Assembly (NCBI GenBank): GCA_030390025.1
Contig: CM059432.1
Location: 32,552,001 to 32,616,000 of the forward strand
Length of the DNA stretch: 64,000 nt
Reading direction: 5' to 3'
Origin: Squalus acanthias
Lineage: Eukaryota
A program made the translations under genes and the position numbers. Shown piece after piece: positions 12,405-26,715 of this stretch. Every line of letters starts with the position of its first letter. Position 1 is the stretch's first letter. The notes under the pieces are model-generated. The model worked only from the letters and a program-made list of their open reading frames with translations, did no database searches and was not told where the DNA came from.

Positions 12405-13438
12405 GTGCTCCACTGGCTGGAGTCATACCTAGCACAAAGAAAGATGGTTGTGGTTGTTGGAGGCCAATTATCACAGTCCCAGGACATCGCTGCAGGAGTT
12501 CCTCAAGGCAGTGTCCTAGGTCCAACCATCTTCAGCTGCTTCATCAATGACTGTCTCTCCATCATAAGGTCAGATGCTGATGAATTGCACAGTGTTCCGT
12601 TCCATTCAGAACGCCTCAGATAATGAAGCAGTCCATGCCCACATGCAGCAAGACTTGGATGACATTCAGGCTTGGGCTGATGTGTGGCACGAATGTTACT
12701 TGCCACTTAAGTGCAAGGCAATTATCTCCAACAAGAGAGAGTCTAATCACCTCCCCTTGGCATTCAATGGCATTGCCATCGCCAAATCCCCCACCATCAA
12801 CATCCTGGGGTCACCATTGACCAGAAACCTAACTGGACCAGCCACATAAATACTGTGGCGACAAGAGTACGTCAGAGGCTGGGTACTCTGTGGCGAGTGT
12901 CTCGCCTCCTGACTCCCCAAAGCCTTTCCACCATCTACAAGGCACAAGTCAGGAGTGTGATGGAATACTCTCCACTTGCCTGGATGAGTGCAGTTCCAAC
13001 AGCACTCGAGAAGCTCGATGCCATCCAGCAGCCCACTTGATTAGCACCCCAGCCACCACCTTAAACATTCACTCCCTCCACCGTGGCTACAGTGTGTACC
13101 ATCTACAAGATGCACTGCAACAACTCGTCAAGACTTCTTCGACAGCACCTCCCAAATCAGCGACCTTTACCACCTAGAAGGACAAGGGCAGCAGGCGCAT
13201 GGGAACACTATCACCTCCAAGTTCCCCTTCAAGACACACCCCATCCTAACCTGAAAATATATTGCTGTTCCTTCATAGTCACTGGGTCAAAATCCTGGAA
13301 CTCCCTAACAGCACTGTGGAAGTACCTTCACCATAGGGACTGCAGCGGTTCACTGCCACCTTCTCGGGCCATTAGGGATGGGCAATAAATGCTGGCCTTG
13401 ACAGCGACATCCACATCCCAGTAACGAATAAAAAAAAA
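12405..13438 (+). mobile_element. 5'-truncated LINE of a second family (CR1/L2 group, poly-A tailed; 'family B')
   Basis: WLESYLAQRKMVVVVGG...[19 protein letters not shown] and YKAQVRSVMEYSPLAW; tail gggcaataaatgctggcc...cccagtaacgaataaaaaaaaa. Confidence 0.85.
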
Positions 13439-13909
13439 GCTACTCCAACTATAATAGATTATGTTTTTAAAAAAAAAATCAAATTGATGTCATGCATACT
13501 ATATATAGGACCAGGAATAGGTCATTCAGCTCCTCGAGCTTGTTCCGCCATTCAATTAGATCATGGCTGACCTGTACCTCTGCAAGCTAATGGAGGTTGG
13601 TATGTGCCTGCTGCACCTGAAAAGGTTCCATTGCACTGCACTGGATTAGCTCAAGTATCCTTTTTGGTTATAGCAAATCACAACTGAACAGCTGAGGAGC
13701 TTACCAATTAACATGTAGCAAAGAGAAACAAAAACTATCAATTAAGAGGTGCCAAAGGGGTTTGTAAACTACCAACTGAGGATCAGAAGTCAGCACAGTT
13801 ACCAGTAAAACAACTAGTGCAATTTCAAAAGTGGGCCCTTTTTAACTTGTATTGCAGACAGTTGTGTCCATAAATTATTTATATCTCGAATGATATGAAG
13901 GCTAATAAA

Positions 13910-14350
13910 TTGTATTCATTTAGCATCTTTCTCACAAGAAATATTTCAAGGCGCTTTACAGGAGATTAGAGGACACTGAGCAGTAAGTTACGGCATGGGA
14001 GGGGAGCAGGGGCATGGGGAGTTGATGGAGATTGAGGTCAGAGATGGGTTTTAATGAGACTTTTGACGTTGAGGAGAGAAATGGTAAAGAGTTCAGGAAA
14101 GAAGTTCTGGACTGCATGGGAATGCTTGCTGAAGGCTTTGCTATTGGTGGAGCTGCATGAGGAGTTAGAAGAGGGTGGACACAGATGTAGGACTGGAAAA
14201 GTTGTTGGGCAGTGGAGAAATCTGAAAATGAGCAAGGATTTTAAAATCCATGTGCTGAGGGATTGGAGCTAATGGAGGTGAGGATGGGGTGATTTGTATG
14301 CAGACATCGTACTGGATAAGATGCAAGTACGAAAGTTGGGGTCAATGTAA
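13910..14350 (-). mobile_element. Highly degraded L2-like LINE 3' fragment
   Basis: Weak similarity to the better-preserved L2-like copy at 30265-31020 (caaggcgctttacagg...gggttttaa...gaggag). Confidence 0.5.
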
Positions 14351-15150
14351 AGTGAAGACTGCTTCCTCCCACCTCCACAAATTCACCTGCCTGTGTCCCG
14401 ATCAAACGCTCACCACCACTGAAACCCTCATATAATCATCACCTTAATTTCTCCAAGGCTCTCCTCACTGCCCTGAAAGGTCGGCAGTAGGCTGCAAGTG
14501 TGGAGCCTCTACCCTTGCCAGGGAGAGTTATTGATTTTACATTAAGTAATGAGCCCACCAAAGCTAGTGTATGCATGTTCTTTACTTTTATAATATGTAA
14601 ACATAAGTTGAACTGATTGTCAAATGACCTTTGTCATACTCCGTGGTCTGTGTGTTTTATCTACAGTGGAATAAAACAACCTACGAACCGAACCAAACTA
14701 CTCTCCACCTAGTGTTAGCTCAGTCTGCCTTCAGAGAGATTAAAGGGGTTCATGTGCTTAAAACATGATAATCGGATCCAAGTCATAAGGGAGTTTCATT
14801 GTTGCACTTTTGTATCCCACTACTGTGCTAGCATGTGCAGTGCAGTGGGAGTCGACTTTTCTAAGAAGGCAGGCAGCCAAGACCACTTAATGGAGGGATT
14901 GACACCACTGAACCAAAGTAGATACCTGCGGCGGACCCGAATTTGTAATTGGGCAGCATTTAGATGAGGATAACCATGCAGGGGAGGACAAACGAGCTGT
15001 TGGAGGAGGTGTACTCACTATATTGGGACCGATGGGCGGTACCACAGAGGTGGACCGTAGAAGAGTGGCAATGGCGGAAGATGGAATGATAGCTTGTGTC
15101 GAAGATCATAGAAAGGGTAAAGAGAATGAGGATGGATAGCATGCTATACA

Positions 15151-15580
15151 GGGTACAGTAACATTGTGGTTATGATACTGGACGAGAAAGCCAGAGGCCT
15201 GGACTAATGATCCGGAGACATGAGATCTTACCATGGCAGCAGGGGAATTTAAATTCAATTAATAAAAAAATCTCGCATCAAAGCTTGTATCATTAATGAT
15301 AATCATGTAACTACCGGATTGTTGTAAAAACACATCTGGTTCACTAATGTCCTTTAGGGAAGGAAATCTCCCGCCCTTACCCGGTCTGGCCTATATGTGA
15401 CTCCAGACCCACACCAATGTGGTTGACTCTTAACTGCCCTCTGAAATGGCCAAGCAAGCCACTCTGTTGTATTCAAGAAGGCGGCTCACCACCACCTTCG
15501 TAAGGGCAATTAGGGATGGACAATAAATGCTGACCTTGCTGGTGACGTCCACATCCCGTGAATGAATACATTAAAAAAAA
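15151..15580 (+). mobile_element. tRNA-headed SINE with a Meta-domain-like body and a family-B LINE tail
   Basis: Degenerate tRNA-like head; body ctggttcactaatgtcctttagggaaggaaatc...gtgactccagacccac...aactgccctctgaa; tail matches the family-B LINE 3' end; poly-A. Confidence 0.75.
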
Positions 15581-16492
15581 AGTGGAATTTTGTTTATAAA
15601 AAGGCAAATTAATGTTAATTTGTTCAAAAACATTAGTGTAAAAGAGGTAAGGTGAAAGAAATGGAGGACCTAGCTTATATTTATAGTGTCACAAATAAAG
15701 TATTTGTGTGGAATTACTTGTCATGTATAGTAGTTAGGTAAGGCCAGGCCTTTTGATATTGCAAAGGCTGAGTGTTACATTTTTGAAGAATTTTATTGAA
15801 GTGTTGCTTTCCTGAAAAGCGCTTTATTCATTACTGATTTGAATAGAGAATGATAACAGTGTGAAATCTATCGTTCAGATGAGCTGGAGACGGTCAAAAT
15901 TTAGCATTGTAAAACAATTAGTATCCCATTTCCTTAAAGGCCACAACAAATGTAGAATAATTAATTGCCTCGGCCCAGTATTAGTTGAGTAACCACTAGA
16001 TTAATTCATTGTATTTGTTAAACATCAGTGGCTTGCAGAGATGCAAACAAACCTACGAATCGTGTCTGACCTACAATTTCAGCACTGAAACTGTAAGTCG
16101 TGCTAAAGGATAGTGCGGGAAGGTGGAGTTGAGTTAGAAGATTAGCCATGATCTTCTTGAATGGAAAAGTAGCCTCGAAGGGCCGAATGGCCTACTCCTC
16201 CTATTATGTCCTTGTGTGCTCCATTATCCTTGTTCAATTTCATTCATGTTTCCTGAATTTTATGGATTTGGGTGATGACACTTTAGATACTGTGGCAGTG
16301 GGGGGAGGGGTATTTCTTCTGTCCCAAATATAGCAAACACTTAAACTTGTTTATAAAGAATGGATTTATGATTTTGTTACATATAATGCGCAGAGGACAT
16401 TGTGCCCGTAATTCTGTACCTCTTCATTGTTTGGGTTAACGCCACAAGTTAATACTTTTTTGTTAAAATTAAATTTTCCCCTTTCTCTACAG

Positions 16493-16672
16493 GTGGAACA
16501 TTACTATCCAGATGCTAGTAGCATCGTATGAAGCTTATGAAGACCTGATGAAGAAGTCTCAGGAAGGAAAAGAGTTCTATGCAGATCTGGAAAACAAAGT
16601 AACAAGGATGCTGGATAAAATGAAGGGCATTTGTAAATCTCAGGAAGACCAAAGACAAATAATACTGGAACA
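16493..16672 (+). CDS. PTPN23: PTPN23 coding exon (not in the ORF track)
   Basis: ctctacag|G TGG...; WNITIQMLVASYEAYEDLMKKSQEGKEFYADLENKVTRMLDKMKGICKSQEDQRQIILE; CA|gtaagt; 180 nt, phase 2-2. Confidence 0.95.
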
Positions 16673-16812
16673 GTAAGTTCGGGTTTTTTTGGTTTTTACT
16701 TGAGAAACCAAATTGAAGAGTGAAGGCCCGTAGTTACAGGATATCATTCAGATTGGAGAAAAAAAGACACATACACAGTTTTGAGTTTCTGGGAAAGAAT
16801 GAATTGAAGTAG

Positions 16813-17203
16813 AAAGAACTTTTTCTTCTTTCACGACCTCAAGGCGTCCCAAGCGATTTACAGCCAATTTTGAAGTGTAGTCACGCAGCAGCCAATTTGG
16901 CGCACAGAAATTAGATGATCAGTTTTAGTGAATGTTGGTTGAGGGATAAATAATGGCCAGGACACCAGGGAGAACTCCCCATATCATCTTTGAATAGTGC
17001 CATGGGATCTTTTATGTACACCTCAGAGGGCAGACGGGCCTAGGTTTAACGTCTCGTCTGAAAGAGGACGTCTCCGACAGTGCAGCACTCCCTCAGTACT
17101 GCACTGAAGTGTCAGTCTGGATTATATGCTCAAGTCCCTGGAGTGAACTTGAACCCATAACCTTCTGACTCGGGTGAGAGTGCTACCACTGAGCCATGGC
17201 TGT
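16813..17203 (-). mobile_element. DeuSINE (SacSINE1/AmnSINE-like)
   Basis: Deu-domain core ctccgacagtgcagcactccctcagtactgcact and a tRNA-like head at the right end; similar copies at 25389, 31145 and 38118. Confidence 0.8.
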
Positions 17204-19568
17204 CATCAACAGTTGAAGAATCACTTTCACAAGATAAATGCAGATGAGAAAGGCCGTTTGACCCATTTTTAGGTCTTCTATCCAGAAAGACTCCACAGTC
17301 CCTTGACAGAGTGATGAATATTTGGCATAATCTGCAGATAGAAGTCAACAAACTGACCACATTTAAAATGGAGTCAGATAAGTTTGGACAGTTGGTATAT
17401 TAGAGGTACGAGCTTTGAGAGACTGAACAATCTTTTCTCATCCTTTCCATTCTTGAAATAATACATTAATATTCTATCAAACAATGCAATCCTTCCATTG
17501 TAGTTTCTTGCATGCCTCCACTATGCTATTTGGAAGTTCTTTCAATATTGATGATTCTCTGTGAATAAGAGCTTCCAGGCATCCGTCCTAAATTTGCATT
17601 TTTCTAGTTTGAATCTGTGCCCCCTTGCCCTACTGTCACAGTTTAGTTTGAAGTAGTATTTCAGATCTATCTTTTCTATACTGTTTACTATCCTACATAC
17701 CTGTACAAGCCCCCCCCGCTCTCCTTTGTCAACCTGATCTGTTGATGTTTTTGTTTGTCCTTTTATGTTCTTAGCTGTGGGCTATCTTTTGATAGTGTCA
17801 CTGAGGCACTTTTGCTGTAGGTTGGTTCCAAAAGACAGACTAATATTAAACATGAAACCACTGTCCACAATTACATCACCACAGTGTGTAAACTATCGTA
17901 TATGTTGCAAAGTCTCAAATTTTGTGTAGTGTGCACCGTGTTGCTCCAGACTTGAAGAACCCAGTGCCCTGTAGGAATTAGATGACTACAGTATAGATTT
18001 TGATAGCTCAGCACAACAGTGAACTAGTTGTACTGTTTGTTAAAACACTGGTAAGCTTACAATTTTAAGATTGCAAGACAAGCAAAGGATGGGGGGGAAA
18101 AAAAATAATTCAGCCTCTCTAAGCTCATGCCTCTCTAGTGCACTAACTCTCCTATCTCCTGCTGCATTTTAAATATCCCTAATGTCTTGATCTTTCAAAT
18201 ATTAATCACACTTTGAATAAAAAAGTTTTCTTTAATTGGTTTAAAATGTACTTTTTGCTACATTATCGGATATTATGCCTGTCATAAGTACTTTGTTCCC
18301 TATTTTTAACCAAGGCTTTGTCCGGTTCCATGTTCTACAGCCATTGCTGTGGCTTGGGCTTAATTTGTAAGCCTTCCACAAGGAGCTTTGTCAAAAGCTT
18401 TCTGAACATCTTAAGTAAACTATCATATCTGTCATGTCTTCAAAGAAGTCGAGGAGGTTTGGTGGGCAGAATCTTCTCATTCTATATCACGATGGCTGTT
18501 ACTGCTAACTGGCCGTCTTCCAGCCTACCCAATAGAACAATTTCCATTGCTTTACTTGTTAATGATTGACTAATGGGCATGCAGTTGCCTGGGCCAGATT
18601 TGTTGTGCCTTTTCAGTATAGATCACAAGATAAGTTTGGGTGAAGGCCCCTCTGACATTTGATCCCACCTTCCAGAATACTAACCCTACCGTTTCCCCGT
18701 TACAATTTTAATGTCCACTTAAACAGGCAAATGAGTCCTTGGTTTAAAGTTTCATGCAAAGGGCAGCTTGAAATGGGGCTACGTTTGGTTGATTCCAGTC
18801 TTGTGGAACCTAACCACTGCCCCAAAAAAAATCCTCCATGAGGGTAGGCAGTGTCTTGCAAATTCTAAGTAAAATTCATTCCACTCATTAGAAGATTGTA
18901 AATAATCTCTTCACTGTTCAACTAAGTTCTACATTACTTGCTGATTAATTCTCACGCATTGAAGTCTGTGGCGTCCCTTTGTGGCGCTCTAATGTCATTA
19001 CTTCAGATATAACCAGGGGTACTTCAAAATTTTCCTCACTAAAGCACAGTGCACTATTTTCTGAGCAATTCCTCCAAGTCTGTCCAAACAATTCGCTATT
19101 CAAATACTTCAGTAGCAATCACCTACCTTAGTACATGAGCTTCATCCCAATGGGCCATAACAATCTACACCTGCTGACCCTATACCCCATAATAAAATTT
19201 GTATATTTCCTATTTTCACCTAATTCACAACTTGCTGTGCTTCTCATCCCGGTTTAGTACCCATTATTGGCATCTCTTGTCCTACAGTCAGTTTGAGACA
19301 ACTTAAGTAAGTGGAGTGGGCTTTTGCCTTTGGCAATTCTGCAGTGTTGCAAGGAAGGCTTGTACAAAGCTGTTGATTCTCCACAGAATTGCGCATTACG
19401 ATCATGTTGCAGTATTTTTCCTTTAGTGGTTTCTGTGTCTCCTATGAAGAAAGATTAATGACGAAAGTGATGGTATATAATATACGGCAGGGGGGAGGAG
19501 AAACACAACTTTCACTATAGGGTGTAAAACGAAGGACACCATCACTTAATGTACTTTATATTTTGCAG

Positions 19569-22086
19569 GGAATTGAAAAAGAAGCCACCACCAAGGCCTA
19601 CAGCACCAAAACCGCTACAGAAAACTTCTGATGCAGACCTTGAATCTTTATCAAGTATCGAAGATTTAGATATGCAAACATTTAATGCAGCACTTGCTTT
19701 TAATGATCTTCCGAATGAATTGAAAAGCTTACCAGCAAACACTTTAGCTGCACACATAAGTGGAATGTCTGTAGATGGCATTGGACCATATCCCATGGAC
19801 CCTGCTGGTTTTCCGAGGATGAGGCATTCAGGGCAAGAGGTTTTCTTAGCTGCTAGGACTACCAGTCCACCGCTACAACCACCATTGCACGGTCAACAGT
19901 TTCCAGCCCCTACTTCGATATCTGCCCACATGCATCCATATTTTCATGGAGCAGTTCCACCACCAAGTTCAGTTGGTGGTATTCCCCAAGGACCTTGCAT
20001 GGGAATCAGCCATTCAGGGCCTCCTTCAGTTAGTGGTATATCTGGCTTACCTACTCGTGGAATGGGTCCATCTGTATCCTGCCCAGTACTCCCTCGACAC
20101 ATCTCTGCCTCTTCACCTCCGCCAGCCTATCCTGCTGTTACCATGATTAGAGATCCCAATCCAGGTCAGCCCCGGTTTACACCTGGTCATTTACCTCCAA
20201 GAGGGACTTCACCACAACACATGCCAAATTCCATATCTGTTCCCTCTTCAGTGGGTCATCCATACAGTGCTGCTGGTTCTACTGCATCTTATGGAATGGG
20301 GCAACACGTTTCCTCAACTGTGCCTGTGCCAGTTAACACTGGTTTGCACACACCAGCTCCACCTGTTGGGCCTACACTTGCATACCCTGGACAATTCTGT
20401 GGTCAGATGCCAGGAGGAAATATTGTCCCACAACCGAATGCAGGTATTAGACCTTCAACCACAACAGTAGACAGTATACAAACTCCAATTTCTAGCTTTA
20501 CACCAGATCCTCACTTAGTGAGTGGGCAGATGAACAGACAGCCACTCTATGATGCAAGAATGAGACAGCAGCCTGGTGTTCCTTTACCAGGTGGAGTTGG
20601 TGTTCCTCATGGACCTGCAGTGAGTGCAGTTGGTCAGTATCCATATCATTCCGGTGGTCAACCAATTAGCCAACCACCCCAGTCCCATTTCACTAATGTG
20701 CCATCATTTGCTGGTCCTGCTCTAGGACCGCAGCATGTGTTCCAGCATCCAACCCATGAACTTCAAATTAGGCCTCAAATGCATACTCAACAGCCTTATC
20801 AAACACAGTTCTTTCCCCAGACAAGACCTCAAAATCCAGCACCGATTCCACCCCATTCCCCAATCCCACTTCCGGTACAGCCTCAGCTTCATGCTCGGCC
20901 TCAGATGCAACCACAGCTAAGACCTCCTCTGTATCAGCATCCCGCTCGAGATAAAATTGCTCCACCAGGAATTCCAGCTCATCCAGGCAATGTTGTTTTT
21001 CCAGGCACTCCAAGTAGTGTGCAGCAACCAGGACCGAACATTCCTGCTGCAATGGTTCCACAATCTCAACAGTGTCATACATTACCATCTGCCACAGAAA
21101 CACAACCGATGACATTGCTACCTGGATCCTCAGCTCAAGGGGTCTCATGCATGCCGTTCACACCTGCCCCACCTCATCTTCATGTTGGACCACAACCTGC
21201 ACTTTTACCCAATCAAATTGGAGCACCTCCACCTGTCTCAACAGGTCATCTTGCTTCGCACCCAATCCAACCTGTGCCAAGTTCAGCTGTTGGCCAAATA
21301 CAGTCCAGTGCTATTGGACCTGGATCTCCATTGCCGCCACCTCCAGTTCCTTCCCCACAGCCTTCACAAGGGCAGGTCGGTACTCTGCCTGCAGCGATGT
21401 TGCCCACTGCAATGCCTGGATCCACTATCGTACAACAAAGACCGCCACCATCTCTTACACCTGGAGCAACTGCAGCAACCCAACCTGTCTCGGAAGTACC
21501 TTTTCAGAGACAAAACTCTTCAACTGACGATCTCCTGTCGTCCAGTCCAGACAGCCAGCATGGAGGGCCCCAGACAACTGTGACTCAGCCTCTTCTTCAG
21601 CCTACCAAAGCCGACTCAAAGGAAGGGCAAAAGCCAAAGGGAATTCAAATCATAGAGAAAGATCCATACGAGAAACCAGAGCATGTGAAAAAGTTGTTGA
21701 CTGAGTTGGAAAGCTTTAAGACCATCATTGACTCCTTGGACAGGCCATCATATGGAACCTTGACTGAATTGGATTGTAAATGGAAGGACTTGCAGGATGC
21801 GCAAGAGAAAGATGCCAGACAGTTGTCTATTGCCATTGCCCGCTGCTACACCATGAAAAACCGTCATCAGGATATCATGCCTTATGACAAAAATAGGATT
21901 ATAATCCAGTCAGGAAAAGATGACTACATCAACGCCAGTATGATTGAGGACTTGTCCTCTTACTGTCCAAGAATCATAGCTACGCAGGCTCCGTTGGTGG
22001 GAACTGCATCAGACTTCTGGCTAATGATTTATGAGCAGAAAGTGTCGCTCGTAGTTATGCTCGTCTCTGAACAGGAAGTAGAGAAG
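19569..22086 (+). CDS. PTPN23: PTPN23 large exon: Pro/His-rich domain and N-terminal half of the PTP domain
   Basis: ttttgcag|G GAA TTG; 2518 nt open; KKKPPPRPTAPKP, RPSTTTVDSIQTPI, DLLSSSPDSQHGG, KNRHQDIMPYD, DYINAS, IATQAPL, DFWLMIYEQKV; AAG|gtatgt. Confidence 0.97.
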
Positions 22087-23414
22087 GTATGTCACGATGA
22101 CACTAAATATTTGGCTAGACACAAGATTATTGAGTAAATTTGTGCTCGTTGAGAAAAACATCAGTGTTTGGGGAATGGAACAATTTTTGCTTTTTCATAA
22201 GTATCCAGCACTCCCAACTAGCTGAGGCTCAATGTTGGTTTTCCTTCACACTCCGCGTCCTCCACACTGCAGTGGGCCTGTACTGGTGTGCCCCAAAACT
22301 GTGTGGAGGACATTTTCGATTCAAAGAATGAGGACAATCCAAGGTAGATAATTTTTCTGATTATTTGCCTGAGGCAAGTGCTCGAATTTATTTGCCCGAG
22401 TATCTGTCTTAACTCGCAGCAACAATTATTTCACATTCCCCTAGTTGGTGAAATCCCAGGGTTCAAACTTGGCCGCTTGTCACTGCGGCACCTAATGGCC
22501 TGTAGTTCATGTACCTCAGCAATGCAGCAGCAGACCATAATTAAATTCTGTGGTTTAATTGAAAAAAGATTGTGGTGCTGCCTTATTATCCCTTCCATAT
22601 GCTGTCACGTCTGAATTTCTTTGGTCTCTCTTCATACCTTTTATGTAGTTTAATCCCTCGAGTTTTAAACAAAATCTGTAAATGCATAAACTGTATACAG
22701 GTACTGCAAAATTCTTCAATGTAGATTTTTTTCAGAAAAACACTCTCGACTGCTTCAGTGTGATACTTCTGTGTTCAAATTAACCAATCTTGTGGCCTCA
22801 CTGAATAATGTAAATCATGGGCAGTGTTGTGCTGTGTAGTTCAGCGCATTAAGAATGGTTTTGGGCTTCACCTGTTGGCTTCACAGTTTAAGGAATAGGT
22901 AAGCCATATGAACCAATAAGATGTCGGGGTTGATCCCCACTCTATAAGGCATAGTTGATCTTAGCTGGGCTATTGTCAAAGGGTTCTAAAATTGACCTTG
23001 GTGTCTTTGGGTTGGGGAAGGGGAAATAGGCACCGGTCCTTACTCCTGATTGTTATTTAATGGCCTCTTGCTAAAACTGGGTGCCAGATGAAGAGGTGCT
23101 CTGGCTTAGCTGTGATGCCCTGTGATCAACTAGCTTCTGATATTCACTGTATGGGCTCACATGAAGCATGGCCACTTGAGCAACCAGCACCTGTAAACCT
23201 GTTGTCCAACAAGGAGGCGACTCATTCAGGCAGAGCAGGGGAGAGAATCTGACAGGCGGGGTTGTTCTGTCCACATGTTTCACCTATGACTTCTAACAAT
23301 GGGCAAAGTGTGGGCAGGGTTCCAATGCCAGATCCTAGAGTTGAAAGGACAGTTTGAGTCCTTTAAGGTGAATGTTGAAATTTGGGAACATTTTCTGAAA
23401 ATTACAAGAAAGCC

Positions 23415-23690
23415 AGCAGCTGGTATCAGTAAAAGTGACCATGAAGCTGTTGGAAGGTTGTAAAAACCCAACTGGTTTGCTAATGCCTAGGGAAGGAAAT
23501 CTGTCCTTACCTGGTCTAGCATATATGCGATTCCAGTCCCACACCAACATGATTATCCTCTTAATTGTCCTTTTTGAAGTGGCCTAGCAATCCACTCAGT
23601 TGTATCAAAAGAAGACACACCATCACCTTCTCTGGTCAAATAAGAATGGGCAATAAATGCCATCCTTTCCAGTGACACCCCTGAATTTTT
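23415..23690 (+). mobile_element. Degraded copy of the Meta-like SINE
   Basis: Body and tail similar to 15151-15580. Confidence 0.65.
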
Positions 23691-24079
23691 TTTCAAGCAT
23701 CTTTTCTGAAACAAGTGAAAGGGACCTATTAAAATAGAACTGTTTGATAAAACTATTGGTGTCCTTCAGTTTGCCATTTTTAATCTTTCTTTGGCTAACT
23801 GATATCTGCTCAGCAACTATCCGCAATGGCATGATTGAAATCACTGGGTAATTGTGCATCCAGATCTACATCTCTGCAATCTGTGGGTACGGTGCATCGG
23901 AACATTTTTCAGAGAAGTCCTCGGCCAAAACTTTTGGGATTGAGGTCCTCAACAAAGAATTACTGAGTAGCACTGCTAGAAAAATAGTGATGGCACTGGA
24001 ATTCCACTTTGTGGAAGAAATTTATTTTGAGCAGGGTGACGTGTCTCACTGTCCATTATTCAATCTCCTCCTGTTACAG

Positions 24080-24264
24080 CAAAAGGTAATCCGTTACTTC
24101 CCAACAGAGCGAGGCCAACAGATAGTGCACGGACCAATCACCTTGACCCTGACAACGCAGAAAATAACCCAGACTCACGTGGAGCGAATGATTGGGCTGC
24201 AGTACCGCGATCAGAGCCTGAAGCGAACAATCATTCACCTGCAGTTTACATCGTGGCCTGAGCT
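24080..24264 (+). CDS. PTPN23: PTPN23 coding exon, PTP domain with WPE loop
   Basis: ctgttacag|CAA AAG; QKVIRYFPTERGQQIVHG...HLQFTSWPEL; CT|gtgagt. Confidence 0.96.
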
Positions 24265-24809
24265 GTGAGTTGGCTTGTTTGTTCATACTCTATTTGTTAA
24301 TCGAATGTTTAAAGTATCCAGAATGAGCCAAGTCCACTAAACCATACAGACTGGGAAGGTCCCAAGTTTGATTCCCAGTCTCTGGTGAGTTACTTGATCT
24401 TAGCTAGAGTAGCAATTTATTTTCTGCACTTGTCCACATCACCCTCTCCCTTCCCTAAACTACAGTGGGAAAAATCAAGCAGCTCTTGATCACGTAATAC
24501 TGGAAAATGTGCACGTTTGCCAGATTTGGTTGTGCTAGAACCCCTACAGTCAAATGGACTGCCAATGCTCACTATCTTGGCTTGGAACTTGGGTAATATA
24601 CTGGAGGGTTACTGGCATCCATGGAACCAGGTCCAACCTGCGTTCTACCCCTTTGTGGTGCAGTAATTTGGGTCTGTAGCATGCTGTACTGCTTTGTTAC
24701 CTTTATTGAGGGTTTGCTTTTTTGTGTGTTTGATGCATATTTTATATAAAATATCTGAATTTAAAGTAGAAATAATAACTCTGAAATGATTTTTTTATTT
24801 TCTCTGTAG

Positions 24810-24914
24810 GGGTTTGCCAGACAGTAAAAGTAACTTGCTGCGTTTTATTCAGGAGGTACATGGACACTATCTGCACCAGCGTCCGCTTCATACACCCATT
24901 GTTGTCCACTGCAG
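24810..24914 (+). CDS. PTPN23: PTPN23 coding exon, PTP domain up to VHC
   Basis: tctctgtag|G GGT TTG; GLPDSKSNLLRFIQEVHGHYLHQRPLHTPIVVHC; AG|gtaacc; 105 nt. Confidence 0.96.
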
Positions 24915-25388
24915 GTAACCCTGTTTTCTGACCTCATGGAGGCGGAGAATGAATGCGTGGAATATTATGTTGAGGGATTTAAGTGCCTCAGCTTAATTTT
25001 TTTTTTAAATTGAGAAACCAAGATGAATCATAGGGTTTTGCAGCACAGAAGGAGCCCATTCAGCCTGTAGATTCAGTACTAACTTAATCCCATTCCCCAT
25101 CCCTTTTAAAACGGTATGGCACACAGAGGAAGCCATGATCAAAGTTGAAAAAAGAAAGAGAATGCAGTCAATCAGAAGTACTGATTAGGTGAAGAGCTTG
25201 GATTTTTGTAAGAGGAAGGAAACTGTGAAGCAGAGTAAGAAGTTCTACAGTGTTGAGGTGCTCTGTAAGATAGATTATGATGAGTTTTGAGTTCAACACA
25301 CAGATGTGGGAGGAGGAAAAGTATGGAGGATGGTGTATTTGGAGCTTAGGAAAAATTCAGAAGTATAATAAAGAAGGAAAGAAAGAAA

Positions 25389-25840
25389 AAACTTGCATTT
25401 ATACAGTGCCTTTCATGGCCTCGGGATGTCCCAAAGCGCTTTTACAATTAAGTACTTTTGAACTGTAGTCACTGTTGTAATGTAGGAAATGCAGCAGCAA
25501 AGTTTGTGCACAGCAAGATCCAATAAACAGCAATGAGATAATGACCAGGTAATATGTTTGTGACTCTTGGTTGAGCGATAAATATTGGCCAGGATACCGG
25601 GGAGAACTCCCCTGCTCCTCTTCAAATTGTGTCATGGGATCTTTTGCGTCCACCTGAGAGGACAGATGGGGCCTTGGTTTAATGTCTGATCCAAAAGACA
25701 GCACCTCCGACAGTGCAGCACTCCCTCAGTACTGCACTGAAATGTCAGGCTAGATTATGTACTCCAATCTCTGGAGTGGGACTTGAACCCACAACCCTCT
25801 GACTCAGATGAGAGCGCTGTCTCTGAGCTGAGGCTGACAC
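25389..25840 (-). mobile_element. Full-length DeuSINE (SacSINE1-like)
   Basis: L2-type tail (acttgcatttata...), Deu core, and tRNA head with gggacttgaacccac. Confidence 0.82.
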
Positions 25841-26054
25841 CTGGCTGAGTTAACTGATTTCAACCAGGGCAGTGGTAGGTTCTACAGTTGGCCTCTGCTC
25901 CTGGGCTAAGGTTCCAGTTCCCAATCTCTGTCCGCTGCCCTCTGCTACTTGTGCATAGAATCATAGCTATTTATAGCACGGAAATGTGTGTGCTGGCTGT
26001 TTGCTAGAGCAATATATGGATACTACGTTAAGGTGATATCCTTGTCAATATTGT

Positions 26055-26345
26055 GCGGTAGTGTAGTGGTTATGTTGCTGGACTAGTAATCCAAAGGCGT
26101 GGACTAATAATTGTGAGGTTAAATCCCAGCATGACAGTCTAAGAATTTGAATTCAGTTTTTTTTAAATCTGGAAATAAGCTAGTGTTATCATAAGCAACT
26201 AGTTCACTAATATCCTTTAGGGAAGGAAACCTGCTGTCCTTACCTGATCTAGCCTATATGTGACTCCAGTCCTACACCAGCGTGGTTGACTCTTAACTGC
26301 TCACTGAAGTGGCCTAAGAAGCCACTAATTTGTATAAAACTGCTA
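26055..26345 (+). mobile_element. Meta-like SINE copy (head and body, no tail)
   Basis: gtagtgtagtggttatgttgctggactagtaatcc head; gttcactaatatcctttagggaaggaaacc body. Confidence 0.65.
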
Positions 26346-26715
26346 CAAATAACTAGGGCTTGATGTATGCATGATTGGGCAAATGGGCTGCTGTTGTAGC
26401 TCTATATCTGCATATGGTGGAACCACTAATGAGTGGCATATGTTGTGTGCCTCTGTTGTGGCCAGGAGAGTGGTGGCAATGAGACTCTTATCTTGAGGAG
26501 TTGTGTTGCTCACAATGCTACTTGAGAAGCTTGTGCTACCTGCTCTGCATTCGGGGAAATCTCAAACCCGTGCTTGTTAGCTGTCTGATAATCAATGCCC
26601 TCCTTGGGGAGGGGTAATCTCTTTGGGGTCTAGGTGGGACAAAGGTGACACATCTAAAAGTGGAAGCCTGAAACCAAGTCGACCATCTCTGGTAGACTTG
26701 GTAATCAGATATCAA

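Noticed and set aside
19549..22137. 862-aa ORF as a stand-alone gene
   Set aside because: It is the large PTPN23 exon with intronic read-through at both ends; true bounds are 19569-22086.
22900..23210. Further degraded tRNA-like SINE family (also near 12070, 24340, 28640, 39080, 62730)
   Set aside because: Similarity is noticeable but too decayed to assign boundaries or a family by eye.
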